This document shows, piece by piece, positions 28,139-38,600 of a DNA stretch of 64,000 bases. How positions within the stretch are numbered: the first letter of the stretch is position 1; each line of letters starts with the position of its first letter. Made by a program: the position numbers and the translations under genes. The stretch is from Minisyncoccota bacterium (GTDB lineage: Bacteria > Patescibacteriota > Minisyncoccia > UBA6257 > GWB1-50-10): positions 233,625 through 297,624 of the forward strand of contig JAGVBB010000003.1 in assembly GCA_020059915.1 (NCBI GenBank), written 5' to 3'. The notes below the pieces were generated by a model. The model ran no database searches and was not told the DNA's origin. It worked only from the letters and a program-made list of their open reading frames with translations.

Positions 28139-30583
28139 TTATTTTGAAAGTTGTGTCTTTCTCTTCATGCTTGCAATCTCCTTTTCCTTTTTTTGTACCA
28201 CTCCAATCATCTTCATGATTGAGTCTGGATTTAGAGACATACTCTCAATTCCCTCCTCCACAAGAAATTCTGCAAATTCTGGATAGTCAGACGGTGCCTG
28301 TCCACAAATACCAATATATTTTTTTTGTGCCTTACATTTTTCAATAATCTGGGAAACAAGTTTTTTCACTGATGGATTATTTTCATTCGCAATGTGGGTC
28401 ACGATACCAGAATCTCTATCCAAGCCAAGAGTAAGCTGAGTAAGGTCGTTTGAACCAATAGACATACCGTCAAAAATATCTAAAAATTCATCAGCAAGGA
28501 TAATGTTTGATGGAATTTCGCACATCACATATACCTTGAGCTTCTTGTCTTTTGTTCTATCAAGTCCATATTCTTTCATTACTTCAATTACCTTTCTCCC
28601 TTCTTCCGGAGTCCTGCAAAAAGGAATCATAGGAATTACATTTTGCAATCCCATATCTTCACGAACACGGCGCATTGCTTCACATTCCAAACCAAATGCA
28701 TCAATAAATTTTGGATCATAGTACCTTGATGCACCACGCCATCCCAACATTGGATTCTCCTCTTGTGGTTCGTACAAGCTCCCACCAATGAGTTTTGAAT
28801 ACTCATTTGTTTTAAAATCGGAAAAACGAATAATTACCTCGTTTGGATAAAATGCGGCGCCAATTTTTGCGATACCCTCGGCAAGTTCACTGGTATAATA
28901 TTCTGCTTTATCATCATAACCAATAGTCATCTCTTCAATTGTTCTCAGAAGCTTCCGAAGATCACGCGTTTTCTTTCCTTTTTTGAGATTTTGATAATTT
29001 ATAAGTGCATTCGGGTGAATTTTTATATGTGATGCAATGATAAATTCAAGACGTCCTAGTCCCACCCCACGAGCAGGCAGAAAATGACTCTTAAACGCTT
29101 CATCAGGAGATCCGATATTTACCATCACCTTTGTTTTTGTTTTTGGTACTTCTTCTAACCTATGTTCAATAACTTCAAATGGCAATGCTCCCGCATAGAC
29201 AATTCCCTCATTTCCCGAAGAACAATCAACAGTTATTATTTCTTTATTTTTGAGTATCTTGGTAGCATTATTTGTTCCTACAATACAGGGAATACCAAGC
29301 TCACGGGACACAATAGCAGCATGTGATGTTCTCCCCCCCTTATTGGTAACAATTGCAGATGCAATTTTCATAATTGGCTCCCAATCGGGATCAGTAATCT
29401 CCGTGACCAAAACCTCCCCTTTTTGAAATTCTGAAAGTTGGCTTGCACCTTTCAATATACGCACACCACCACTCCCAATTTTTGAACCAACCGCAATTCC
29501 TTTCACACGAATATCACTTCTCTTTTCCAAACGATATTCTTTATATACTGATTTGTCTTGAGAAGAATGCACCGTCTCTGGCCTCGCTTGCACAATAAAT
29601 AACTCCCCCGTATTTCCGTCTTTTGCCCATTCGATATCCATAGGTTGATACCTTCCATGCGTTTCTGAAAAATATATTTCAATCTCTAGACACCATTTTG
29701 CAAGTTGGAGTACCTCATCATCAGTCAGTGAGAATTTTTGTTCATCTGCCCAAGAAACCGACTTCTGTTTTGTCCCTCTCGATCCATATACAAGCTTTAT
29801 ATGTTTTTTCCCCAAATCACGAGCAATAATTGCTCGATGCCCTTTTTCTAGAGTCGGTTTAAATACAATAAACTCATCAGGAATAACCTTCCCTTGCACA
29901 ATAAACTCGCCCAAACCATAAATACCATTAATAACAATCACTTTATCAAATCCTGTTTCGGTATCTAGTGTAAAAGCAACGCCAGAAGAAGATATATCAG
30001 AACGAACCATCCTTTGGACTCCAACAGAAAGTGCAGCTTCGGTATGTGAAAAACCCTTATCCACACGATATGAAATTGCACGATCAGTAAATAGTGAAGC
30101 AATACATTTACGCGCATAGTGGAGCACCTCCTGTTCGCCCCGAACATTTAAAAATGTTTCTTGTTGCCCAGCGAATGATGCACCAGGAAGATCTTCTGCT
30201 GTTGCAGAAGAACGTACTGCAACATCGGTTTCTTTTCCATATGTATCTTCCATCTTCTTATATGCCAATATAATTGATTGCCTCAAATCATCAGGGAATT
30301 CTGTAGCAACAACTAATTCGCGAATTGCTTTTCCTGTTGCTTGTAGTTGTTTGATATCACGTGTATCAAGCACGTTTAACATCTCGCCAATCTTCTCTTC
30401 AATACCCGTTTTTTTTACAAAATGACGATAGGCATCTGCGGTAATAGCAAAACCATCGGGAATGCGGACTCCCCGAGGAACGAGATGGGAATACATCTCT
30501 CCAAGTGCGGCGTTCTTTCCCCCAACAGTGGGTACATCTTTTATACCGACTTCCTCAAACCATAGAATAAATTGATTGGACAT
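28139..30583 (-). CDS. ppsA: Phosphoenolpyruvate synthase
   Basis: VGGKNAALGEM, AVRSSATAEDLP.ASFAGQQET, GGRTSHAAIVSRELG, SIGSNDLTQL, GICGQAPSD. Confidence 0.97.
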   Translation of the reverse strand: MSNQFILWFEEVGIKDVPTVGGKNAALGEMYSHLVPRGVRIPDGFAITADAYRHFVKKTGIEEKIGEMLNVLDTRDIKQLQATGKAIRELVVATEFPDDLRQSIILAYKKMEDTYGKETDVAVRSSATAEDLPGASFAGQQETFLNVRGEQEVLHYARKCIASLFTDRAISYRVDKGFSHTEAALSVGVQRMVRSDISSSGVAFTLDTETGFDKVIVINGIYGLGEFIVQGKVIPDEFIVFKPTLEKGHRAIIARDLGKKHIKLVYGSRGTKQKSVSWADEQKFSLTDDEVLQLAKWCLEIEIYFSETHGRYQPMDIEWAKDGNTGELFIVQARPETVHSSQDKSVYKEYRLEKRSDIRVKGIAVGSKIGSGGVRILKGASQLSEFQKGEVLVTEITDPDWEPIMKIASAIVTNKGGRTSHAAIVSRELGIPCIVGTNNATKILKNKEIITVDCSSGNEGIVYAGALPFEVIEHRLEEVPKTKTKVMVNIGSPDEAFKSHFLPARGVGLGRLEFIIASHIKIHPNALINYQNLKKGKKTRDLRKLLRTIEEMTIGYDDKAEYYTSELAEGIAKIGAAFYPNEVIIRFSDFKTNEYSKLIGGSLYEPQEENPMLGWRGASRYYDPKFIDAFGLECEAMRRVREDMGLQNVIPMIPFCRTPEEGRKVIEVMKEYGLDRTKDKKLKVYVMCEIPSNIILADEFLDIFDGMSIGSNDLTQLTLGLDRDSGIVTHIANENNPSVKKLVSQIIEKCKAQKKYIGICGQAPSDYPEFAEFLVEEGIESMSLNPDSIMKMIGVVQKKEKEIASMKRKTQLSK

Positions 30584-30589
30584 ATTTGT

Positions 30590-31873
30590 TTATTGTTTTA
30601 ATGCAAAGATGAGGTCTGAAACATTTTCACCAGTTTCGCCAGTAAGAATAAAATCTCCCACAGTTTCAAAAAACTTGTAGGAGGTGTTTTCTTTCAAACT
30701 CTTTATTGGATCAATGTTTTTTGCCTGAGCATTCTTTAAGGTCATTATATCACAGATAGCACCAGCAAAATCTGAATTATCTCTCCCATCTGACGCCGCA
30801 CCAACAATGAGAACATGTTCGTCCACATGAGGAACAGCAGAAAGAACTAACTCCAACTCTCTCCCCCCTTTTCCTTTTTGTGTGATAGTAACAGTTGGCT
30901 CTCCACCCCAAAAATATGCAGTTTTTGAGGGAGCATTTTTTATTTTTTCTACAATTTCTTTACCAATTACCCGCGCTTCTCCAGAAAGTGTGTTGGTTAT
31001 AATACTACTTGAAAACCCAAGCGACTCCGCCGTTTTTTTCATTGTACGCAATGCATTGTCGTTTGAAACGGCAAGTATGTTTGTCACTCGTTCAAAAAAT
31101 TTTTCATCCTTCACTGTTTCAATAAGTGACCCGTCGGGAAAATAATGTTCAAGATTGTATTTCTTTATGATCACCATAGCGTCAGAAACAGTGGTTGGGT
31201 CAAGGATAGTGGGACCTGATGCAACCATATCCATTCCAGTATTACCAGGGACATCAGAAAATATAAGAGACACAATTCGCGCTGGATATGCGTGGTATGC
31301 AAGCATTCCTCCCCGCGCTCCAGATATATGCTTTCGAATTGTGTTTAATTCATTGATTGTAGCTCCTTTCTCAAACATCGCCTGAACAATATCGCGCTCT
31401 GCCTGACAGGTCATATTCTGAGGATTACAAAGTAATGTTGATCCCCCTCCAGAAACGAGGGCAATAACAAGATCACGCGGAGTAAGTCCATGAAGAATCT
31501 CAAGCAATTCTTTTGTTGCAGAAATATTTGCTTCAGAGGGATATGGATGCGTCCCCTCACGCATAGTAAGTGAACACAAGTCCCTTTTTTTTGTTCCTAA
31601 AACAATACCGCCCGTGATTCGTTCCCCCAATATTTTTTCAACTGCACACGCGGCTTTTGGGGAACACTTTCCTGCTCCAACAACAAAAATCCTATCCACA
31701 GAATCTAATGGAATTTTTGTCTCTCCAATAAGAAGGATGTTTCTTACTACCGAAATCATCTTTTTAACAACCTCCTCAGTATCTATTGAATTATATGCTG
31801 ACTCCAAAATAGTTAATGCAGCATTACGAATTTCACTCTTATTTAAATCTTCAAAGTTCTGAATGCGCCCCAT
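30590..31873 (-). CDS. Glycerate 2-kinase (DUF4147/MOFRL family)
   Basis: GAGK, HPYP, SGGGS, RKHIS..GG, SDVPG, ASGPT, GGE.TV, SDG.D, TG.TG.NV.D. Confidence 0.92.
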   Translation of the reverse strand: MGRIQNFEDLNKSEIRNAALTILESAYNSIDTEEVVKKMISVVRNILLIGETKIPLDSVDRIFVVGAGKCSPKAACAVEKILGERITGGIVLGTKKRDLCSLTMREGTHPYPSEANISATKELLEILHGLTPRDLVIALVSGGGSTLLCNPQNMTCQAERDIVQAMFEKGATINELNTIRKHISGARGGMLAYHAYPARIVSLIFSDVPGNTGMDMVASGPTILDPTTVSDAMVIIKKYNLEHYFPDGSLIETVKDEKFFERVTNILAVSNDNALRTMKKTAESLGFSSSIITNTLSGEARVIGKEIVEKIKNAPSKTAYFWGGEPTVTITQKGKGGRELELVLSAVPHVDEHVLIVGAASDGRDNSDFAGAICDIMTLKNAQAKNIDPIKSLKENTSYKFFETVGDFILTGETGENVSDLIFALKQ

Positions 31874-31921
31874 ACAACAATTATACTCCGTTTAGACAAC
31901 GGAGTATAATTAAATTCTCAA

Positions 31922-31941
31922 TCTACCTACCGAAGGTAGGT
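31922..31941. repeat. Degenerate copy of the 20-21-nt palindrome
   Basis: TCTACCTACCGAAGGTAGGT in AT-rich intergenic DNA. Confidence 0.55.
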
Positions 31942-31946
31942 TTAAA

Positions 31947-32318
31947 TTAAAAAGGACACCCAGCTTTCTTGGCAAGTACATACAATTCTTGTTGACCCGC
32001 GAGTTGCGTTCCATCAGGAAATGTCCATGTTGGATATCCCTGTACGCCGGCATCAATACATTCCTTTTCTCTCTCGGTGCATTCAACATATGTAATATTT
32101 TCAAATGCACTCCCGAATTCTTTTTTCTGATTTTGGCAATGTGGACACCAATATGTTCCATACATCACCACTCCTTTTTCTTTCAAGCAAAGTGATAGCG
32201 CTGTAACTTCAGCAGTCGGTGGTTCTGGTTGGGCGGAATACCACAACAACACAAAAAGACCGACTACAAATACTGTAAGTCCAATCGTAATAAATATATT
32301 TTTTTTCTTCTGATTCAT
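31947..32318 (-). CDS. Membrane-anchored thioredoxin/glutaredoxin-like protein
   Basis: MYGTYWCPHC..QK..FG, YVEC, C...GVQGYPTW. Confidence 0.88.
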   Translation of the reverse strand: MNQKKKNIFITIGLTVFVVGLFVLLWYSAQPEPPTAEVTALSLCLKEKGVVMYGTYWCPHCQNQKKEFGSAFENITYVECTEREKECIDAGVQGYPTWTFPDGTQLAGQQELYVLAKKAGCPF

Positions 32319-32330
32319 AAATTCAATGTA

Positions 32331-32447
32331 AAATTCTAATTTCTAAGCCCTAAATTCTAAATAATATCAAAACTCAAATATTCAAATGACTTTTGATAAT
32401 TCTTATTTTGGATTTGTTTAGGGTTTCTATATTAGTGCTTAGGGTTT
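32331..32447. mobile_element. Empty heptad-arm element, copy E (no palindrome)
   Basis: AAATTCTAA.. left arm, ..ATTAGTGCTTAGGGTTT right arm; supplies the last codons and stop (NPKH*) of 32432..32968. Confidence 0.7.
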
Positions 32448-32968
32448 TTATCTGACTCGTCACAACAGTCAACCATTTTTTCAACTATATCTTCAAATGA
32501 CCACGCGCCCTCTTTCGGTTTTGTATCATGTTTTGAAAGTTGTGAGTCATTAATCTTTTTAATTGAGCTGGTATCAATGAGCTTCAAGCGGATACCAAAG
32601 AACATCGCGTATGATTTATATGCCAAATCAAACATTCTTTTTGCCTCATCACGCCTTCCACTCCCTTCTAATTTTGTCCCCACTTCCATAAGGCGCATTG
32701 ATGTTGCAAGAAGATGCTTTGATATGCACCAAGTCTCTCCCTCGTTTTGAACCATCATCTTCCCCAACAATTCTCTGCGCATTTCCCTCACCTCTTTCAA
32801 TAAATCGAAGTAATCATCCTTTTTTGTCTTCTCTGCGGTAAAAAAGAAATGTTCTTCCAAACTCACCAAGTTCATAATCGCAATAGAAAGATCTTCATCA
32901 AGAGAAAGATCGACATCTCCCTTTTTCTTCATTTCTTCAATTTTTTGTTTAATTTTTTCGAAGTCCAT
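32432..32968 (-). CDS. Hypothetical helical protein in the Dsb-like cluster
   Basis: EDLSIAIMNLVSLEEH, WCISKHLL, C-terminal DCC.E. Confidence 0.75.
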   Translation of the reverse strand: MDFEKIKQKIEEMKKKGDVDLSLDEDLSIAIMNLVSLEEHFFFTAEKTKKDDYFDLLKEVREMRRELLGKMMVQNEGETWCISKHLLATSMRLMEVGTKLEGSGRRDEAKRMFDLAYKSYAMFFGIRLKLIDTSSIKKINDSQLSKHDTKPKEGAWSFEDIVEKMVDCCDESDKNPKH

Positions 32969-32976
32969 ATGTGTTA

Positions 32977-33077
32977 GTGTAAAATGAAAAGTGTAAAAGT
33001 CAAAAATGAAACGTAAAAGTTACAAATTAGACAGTTTTTAGCTTCAACTTTGCATTTTGAGATTTAAGTTTTGATTT
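32977..33077. repeat. Heptad-arm element, second family (copy 1)
   Basis: Right arm TTTTAGCTTCAACTTTGCATTTTGAGATTTAAGTTTTGATTT aligns with 59537-59578. Confidence 0.6.
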
Positions 33078-33087
33078 ATTCATTTTC

Positions 33088-33876
33088 TTATGACAATAAG
33101 AAAATGAGTATTCCCATTCCAATCATAATTGCGCCATCAATAAAACGCAATCTACCTGATACACTCTTTCTCCATGTATCAAACTTATCTATCAGTGCCT
33201 TCTTTGAGGCAATACCAAGAATGATTATTAACGGCATAACAAATAACACATTATATAAGAAAAGATATCCAAACCCGCTCATAAATGTGCGTGAATCATG
33301 GAGAAGTCCAAGAATCATAAGATACGGCCCACCAGTACAAGGAAACTCACACAAACCAACAAATGCACCAAGTATGAATGCCCCAGGAATTGACGTCTTT
33401 TCCATGAGTCGAGCCATTGTCTTGTGTGACCCTTTAGGAATCTTTAACTTTATTGGAAAAGAAGGAATATAGGTATGTATGATATCCAACATACCTAGAA
33501 CAATAATGAGTATTGCTCCGATCTTCCCAACAAAATTTGGAATACTAAAGAATGACAAAACCCGTAAAATTCCTAATCCAATTCCTAGATAAACCAGGAA
33601 AACCCCGGAAATATATGCCCCACCTATGCCCAATATTTTTTTTCTATCTGCACCAAGACTAAACAAGAATGTGATAGTGAGTAATAAAATAGAAAATGCA
33701 CAAGGATTGATACTATCAACAATTGCCGAAACAACAACCAACGGAAGGAAAAATGAATGTGACGACCGAAATAGAGAAAACATTTCTTCCCCTACCGGCG
33801 TTGTCTTAACAACAATGACAGATATCAAAAATATAATAATAAGACCGATAAATATCCAAGAAAATAATTTTTTCAT
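33088..33876 (-). CDS. Cytochrome c biogenesis/DsbD-like (CcdA) transmembrane protein
   Basis: DSINPCAF and CEFPCTGGPY motifs, multiple TMs; start moved to ATG 33876. Confidence 0.85.
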   Translation of the reverse strand: MKKLFSWIFIGLIIIFLISVIVVKTTPVGEEMFSLFRSSHSFFLPLVVVSAIVDSINPCAFSILLLTITFLFSLGADRKKILGIGGAYISGVFLVYLGIGLGILRVLSFFSIPNFVGKIGAILIIVLGMLDIIHTYIPSFPIKLKIPKGSHKTMARLMEKTSIPGAFILGAFVGLCEFPCTGGPYLMILGLLHDSRTFMSGFGYLFLYNVLFVMPLIIILGIASKKALIDKFDTWRKSVSGRLRFIDGAIMIGMGILIFLLS

Positions 33877-33927
33877 ATATATAACTAACAATAGCGAACA
33901 GAAAATTTTATAGAACAAACACCTAAA

Positions 33928-34290
33928 TTAAATATATGAAGGACTCAATTCATTAAGAGAAAGCCATCTCCTATATTTTTGAAGAGAAGAACAAAAAAGA
34001 TTTTTCTGAGAAATAAAAAAAGTGACGGAGCTTGAATGAAAAACAGCTGTTTGTTCAACAAATAGCACTGTAATAAAAAGAAGGAAGAACAAGGAAATCG
34101 CCAATGAAAGTTGGCTAAATGCGTTTATGTGAAAATTTAGAAACAAGATACTCCCCACATTTGCCGGGCACCCTCCCCCTTGGAGTGTCTGCACCAAACA
34201 TCCTGCATGAGACACAAATGCAATAAGCGTTATTGCGCTAATCCCGACAAGCGCAAATATGATAATAAATGATAAAAATTTTCGAAACAT
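33928..34290 (-). CDS. Hypothetical membrane protein
   Basis: Two TMs, HxGC...CP motif, C-terminal WLSLNELSP. Confidence 0.6.
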   Translation of the reverse strand: MFRKFLSFIIIFALVGISAITLIAFVSHAGCLVQTLQGGGCPANVGSILFLNFHINAFSQLSLAISLFFLLFITVLFVEQTAVFHSSSVTFFISQKNLFCSSLQKYRRWLSLNELSPSYI

Positions 34291-34298
34291 ATTTTAAT

Positions 34299-34407
34299 AA
34301 ATTCTAATTTCTAAATCCCAAATTCTAAATAATATCAAAACTCAAATATTTAAATTAACTTCTTCAATTCGTGTTTTTTAGGATTTCGATATTAGTGCTT
34401 AGAGTTT
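34299..34407. mobile_element. Empty heptad-arm element, copy F (no palindrome)
   Basis: Arms very similar to copy E; its end overlaps the stop codon at 34406. Confidence 0.7.
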
Positions 34408-34750
34408 ATTTAATTTTCCATCCTCCTCCAATTGATTTATCCGGTTGTAAAATTGAGATGGTACCTTCATTATCAGTTGCGGCAACAATCATTCCATTGC
34501 TTATCTCTCCCATGAGTGAACGTGGTTCAAGATTTGCAACGATAACAATATCTTTCCCAATGAGTGTTTCTGGTTCGTATTGTTTTCCAATCCCCGCAAG
34601 AACAATCCGCGAGACCGGTTCTCCTGCTTCATTTTTGTCTCCCACATCCAATGTTAAGCGAAGTAGTTTTTCTGAATCCAAAACACGTTCAGCCTGCAAT
34701 ACGTGAGCCGTTTTTAATTCAACTTTGGAAAAATCATCATACCCGATCAT
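34406..34750 (-). CDS. tRNA-binding OB-fold protein (MetRS C-terminal/Trbp111-like)
   Basis: YDDFSKVEL, SEKLLRL..DVG, ANLEPR.LMG..SNGM; start moved to ATG 34750. Confidence 0.9.
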   Translation of the reverse strand: MIGYDDFSKVELKTAHVLQAERVLDSEKLLRLTLDVGDKNEAGEPVSRIVLAGIGKQYEPETLIGKDIVIVANLEPRSLMGEISNGMIVAATDNEGTISILQPDKSIGGGWKIK

Positions 34751-34805
34751 AAAACAATTATATGGTATTCCATAGTAAAAATAAAACCCCTTTCGGGGTT
34801 TTATT

Positions 34806-35657
34806 TTAATTTTCTGGAGATAAAAGTAATGTTGCTCGTTCTGCGTGTATACCTTGTATTTCATCCCCAATACCTTGAACCTCTACAGCGTCTCCCACTT
34901 GAAAGTTTGAAATATCTGATGGTTCGTCAATAAATGGAACTGGAATCGTCACCAATGTTCCATTTTTATATGCCTCTGTCTCCTCTTTAAATTGAGTGTC
35001 ACTTTTTTTGCCTTGCTTTGAAAAAATGGTGTTTGAACTTATCTTTATTTGCACCCTTGTTCCATCACCTTTATCCACCGCAAATCTTGTATTATCATCT
35101 GCCTTCCAACCAACAACACCAACTACCTTTTTTGGTGCACCAATATTCGGAATATCAGAAAATTTTGGAGCAGAAGATGGATTATTAATAATGATCGAGG
35201 TCGCTAAGAATTCATTGTATTCCTCAACATTTTTATTAGCACGAATGGTCACAAAATCTCCAATAGTAATAGTATTACCCTCAACCCGTTCTTCTATAAA
35301 CGGTAATGGCGGTTCAGTTTTTGTATTATTAGTTTTTTGTGATTCCAAAAAGATCGCCTGTTCTTTTTCAAACAAAGAAATATCTTTTTGAATTTGTTTC
35401 TTAACAAGTGTTGTTGAATCAAATGTAACAGTTTTGAGTATTTTTTGGTCTTGTGAATTTCCCGCAACACCACGGAGTGTGATCGCATCAACAACAAGAA
35501 CATTTCCATTTTTTTGTTCAACTATTCCTGATATCACCACATTTCCAATATTACGAGGAGTATTCCCGGCAATATATGAAATGGCTATTGCAACCACAAT
35601 AAGAACAACTAAAGCAAGTATGGTGTATAATATTTTTTTCTTTTTTTCTTGTTCCAT
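34806..35657 (-). CDS. Single-TM hypothetical protein with two internal repeats (DUF5666-like)
   Basis: Two similar halves (T...KQ..K....F..E...PLPF/PVPF...GD.V). Confidence 0.7.
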   Translation of the reverse strand: MEQEKKKKILYTILALVVLIVVAIAISYIAGNTPRNIGNVVISGIVEQKNGNVLVVDAITLRGVAGNSQDQKILKTVTFDSTTLVKKQIQKDISLFEKEQAIFLESQKTNNTKTEPPLPFIEERVEGNTITIGDFVTIRANKNVEEYNEFLATSIIINNPSSAPKFSDIPNIGAPKKVVGVVGWKADDNTRFAVDKGDGTRVQIKISSNTIFSKQGKKSDTQFKEETEAYKNGTLVTIPVPFIDEPSDISNFQVGDAVEVQGIGDEIQGIHAERATLLLSPEN

Positions 35658-35678
35658 AGTTTTAATTATATCAGTTCT

Positions 35679-38600
35679 TTAATATGTTATTTTGACCATT
35701 CCATGACCAGAACGAACCCCTGCGGTATTTGTTTGGTTTGTTCCGGAATTATAACTTCCACCTCCACCGCCATATGTTGAGCTTCCGCTCCATGATGCCG
35801 AAGTTCCACCTCCAGAATAACCTCCCCCTGCTCCTGGTCCACCGAGCTGTCCACCACCACCGCCACCATATCCACCATAATTTTCTGTTGTGTAACAACT
35901 ATTTCCTGTTCCTCCTGCCCCACCATTTAAATAACTCTGTCCTCCATATGCGGTTGCGCAATGAGTTCCTCCATCCATTCCATTTGTACTAAATCCTCCT
36001 CCCGCTCCTCCTGCATAACTTTGGTTTGAACTACCACCTGATCCCGCAGACCCTCCAGTTCCAGTACCTGCACAACTAATCGTTACTCCAGAGGTTCCCG
36101 ACTGACCATTTCCCTCAGACGCTGTGCGCGTACATGATGTCCCATAACTTGTTGCTGGACCACCACCACCGCCACCTGCGATAATGAGTGGTACATTTCC
36201 TGTTTGTTTCACAACAAACGTTCCACCGCCACCACCATTTTCATTTCCGTGTGCTCCACCATTGCTACCTCCTTGTTGACCAACGAGAATTTTAATAACA
36301 TCTCCAGCAGTAAGAGATACTGTTCCCTTAACATATGCACCAAGTCCACCTGTTAAACTATTACTACCTGTACCACTTCCACCCTGTGCCCCCCACGCTT
36401 CAATAATATATGATCCCGTTGTCGAAGCAGTAAATGTTTGCAAACTTCCCGTTCTTCCCGTGGTAATATTATTAAATGTTACCGTTATTGGATTTGTTGG
36501 GGTTGCTGTTACCTCAGAACTCAATCCACTTTCCCCTGCTGGATTTACTGAAGAAACCTTATAGTAGTAAGCCATTACACTCAATCCAGAATCTACATAC
36601 GAAGTTGAGGTCACATTAGAGGTTAATAAAGAATATCCACTTCCCGATGTTGTGCTTCGATATACATTATATGAATATGCAAGCGCACAAGAATTTCCTG
36701 TTGGTGCAGTCCATGAAATAGTATTTGAAAGAGCACCAGGCGTTGCTGTTGCACCCGTTGGCGCACTAGGAGCAGAAAGTCCATTTGGACAAGATGCTGC
36801 GTAACAAACCAATTCTGTATTTGATCCAATATTTTGTGTCGATGTCGCCATACCCCACCCCGCAGGACAGGAAAGTGATTGATTTGCTCCTTTAGCACGC
36901 AATGTAAATGATTGAAACGGAGCATCGGTGCGATAACAAATCTGCTCGTTTACATCAACCCCATCTATAGTCACCGTACTTGTTGGTGCAGAACTCCATC
37001 CTGATGGGCAAGAAGGGGCGGGAGAAGAAATTATTTTATAGCAGGCACTATCATAGGTCGTTTGCGAGCTATATCTCTTTCGCGTGTAATTTTGGTTTGT
37101 ATATTTTGTATATCCTGTTGGACAGGTAATACTATTTGAAGCAGCATTTGCATTGTATACAAAAGTATCAGATACCCCAGAATTTGTATTATTTATACAT
37201 GCACCTGTATATGCCTGATATCCAGAAATTGGAGCATTATAATATACCGCAGAGGTATTACTCCAATTGGTAAATCCACTCGGACAACTCACTACTGAGG
37301 TTGGATTTCCCAATCCCGTATATGATTCCCAAATAAATGATGGAGGATTTCCTTTATAACACGCACCTGAATAAACCTGATCAATGCCTGCTGGGCTATA
37401 AACATACTGTCCTACCCATCGTGTATATCCTGTTGGGCAGGTCACGCTCGTTGCTCCCGAATATGATTTCCATGTAAATACATCATTTGTTGCACTTGCG
37501 TTATAACACGCTCCCGAATATGACCAATAATCATATGTATAGTCATATTGCGAACACGTAGGCTCATCAACACAATATTCATACCATGCTGGTCTCCATC
37601 GCGCATAACTGTTATCGTACCAGTTAGTAAGTCCTGTTGGGCAGGTTTGCGTACTAGCGGTATATGCACTCCAAGAAAATGACGGTAATGTCGTTCCCTT
37701 ATAACACACACCGTCATATTTGCTAGTACTATTGTCCGGATCTACATCCCACCATGTGTTAACCCATCGTGTATATCCTGTTGGGCAGGTCACACTTGAT
37801 GGTGATGGTGATCGCCACTTAAATAAATCGTTTGATGCTGATGTTGGATAACACGCACCTGTATATGCAACATATCCACTCTCACTTGAACTATAATATG
37901 CATTAGAACTCCACCACTTGGTATATCCCTCTGGACAAGTTATGTAGGTATCAGGACTATAATTGTTTACTAATTGCCAAGTAAATGATCTTGGGTCCGA
38001 GCTCCCCGATCGCAAATACATAACATTGTCACTTGCACCTAACGCCACCACCTGTGCGTTATATATCTGCCATGTTCCATTACCACTCGCATCCACTGTG
38101 AGAACATACCCCGGCGTTGCCGATGTCCCCAACTGGAATCCATTCATTTTTATTGTCCCATACACATCAAGTTTTGCTGTTGGGGTTGAGGTTCCAATAC
38201 CAACATTCCCCGTATTAATGGAATATAAATTTGAACCTGATGCATTCCAGAGTGAATATGCAGAAGAATCTGCATATGATTTTGTTGCAACATGTCCCAC
38301 CGCTGTTGGTGATCCAACAATGACAGCCCCATCAAACTGTCCCGCGCCAACAACATCAAGAGTATATGCGGGCGTTGTTGTTCCAATACCAATGTTCCCC
38401 GCATTGGTCATAGTCAATCGATATGCCGAAGTGTTGTTATTATAAAAATGCAAAGCACTTCCTGCAGAAACCAATTCCCATGATGATCCCGTTGAAAGCA
38501 AGCGAATGGAACCACTACTCCCCCCTGTTTCAAATGTCGCTAATACTCCCGATGGTGGTGCAAGATTATATAAATGAAATGGATATGTTGGATTGGTTGT

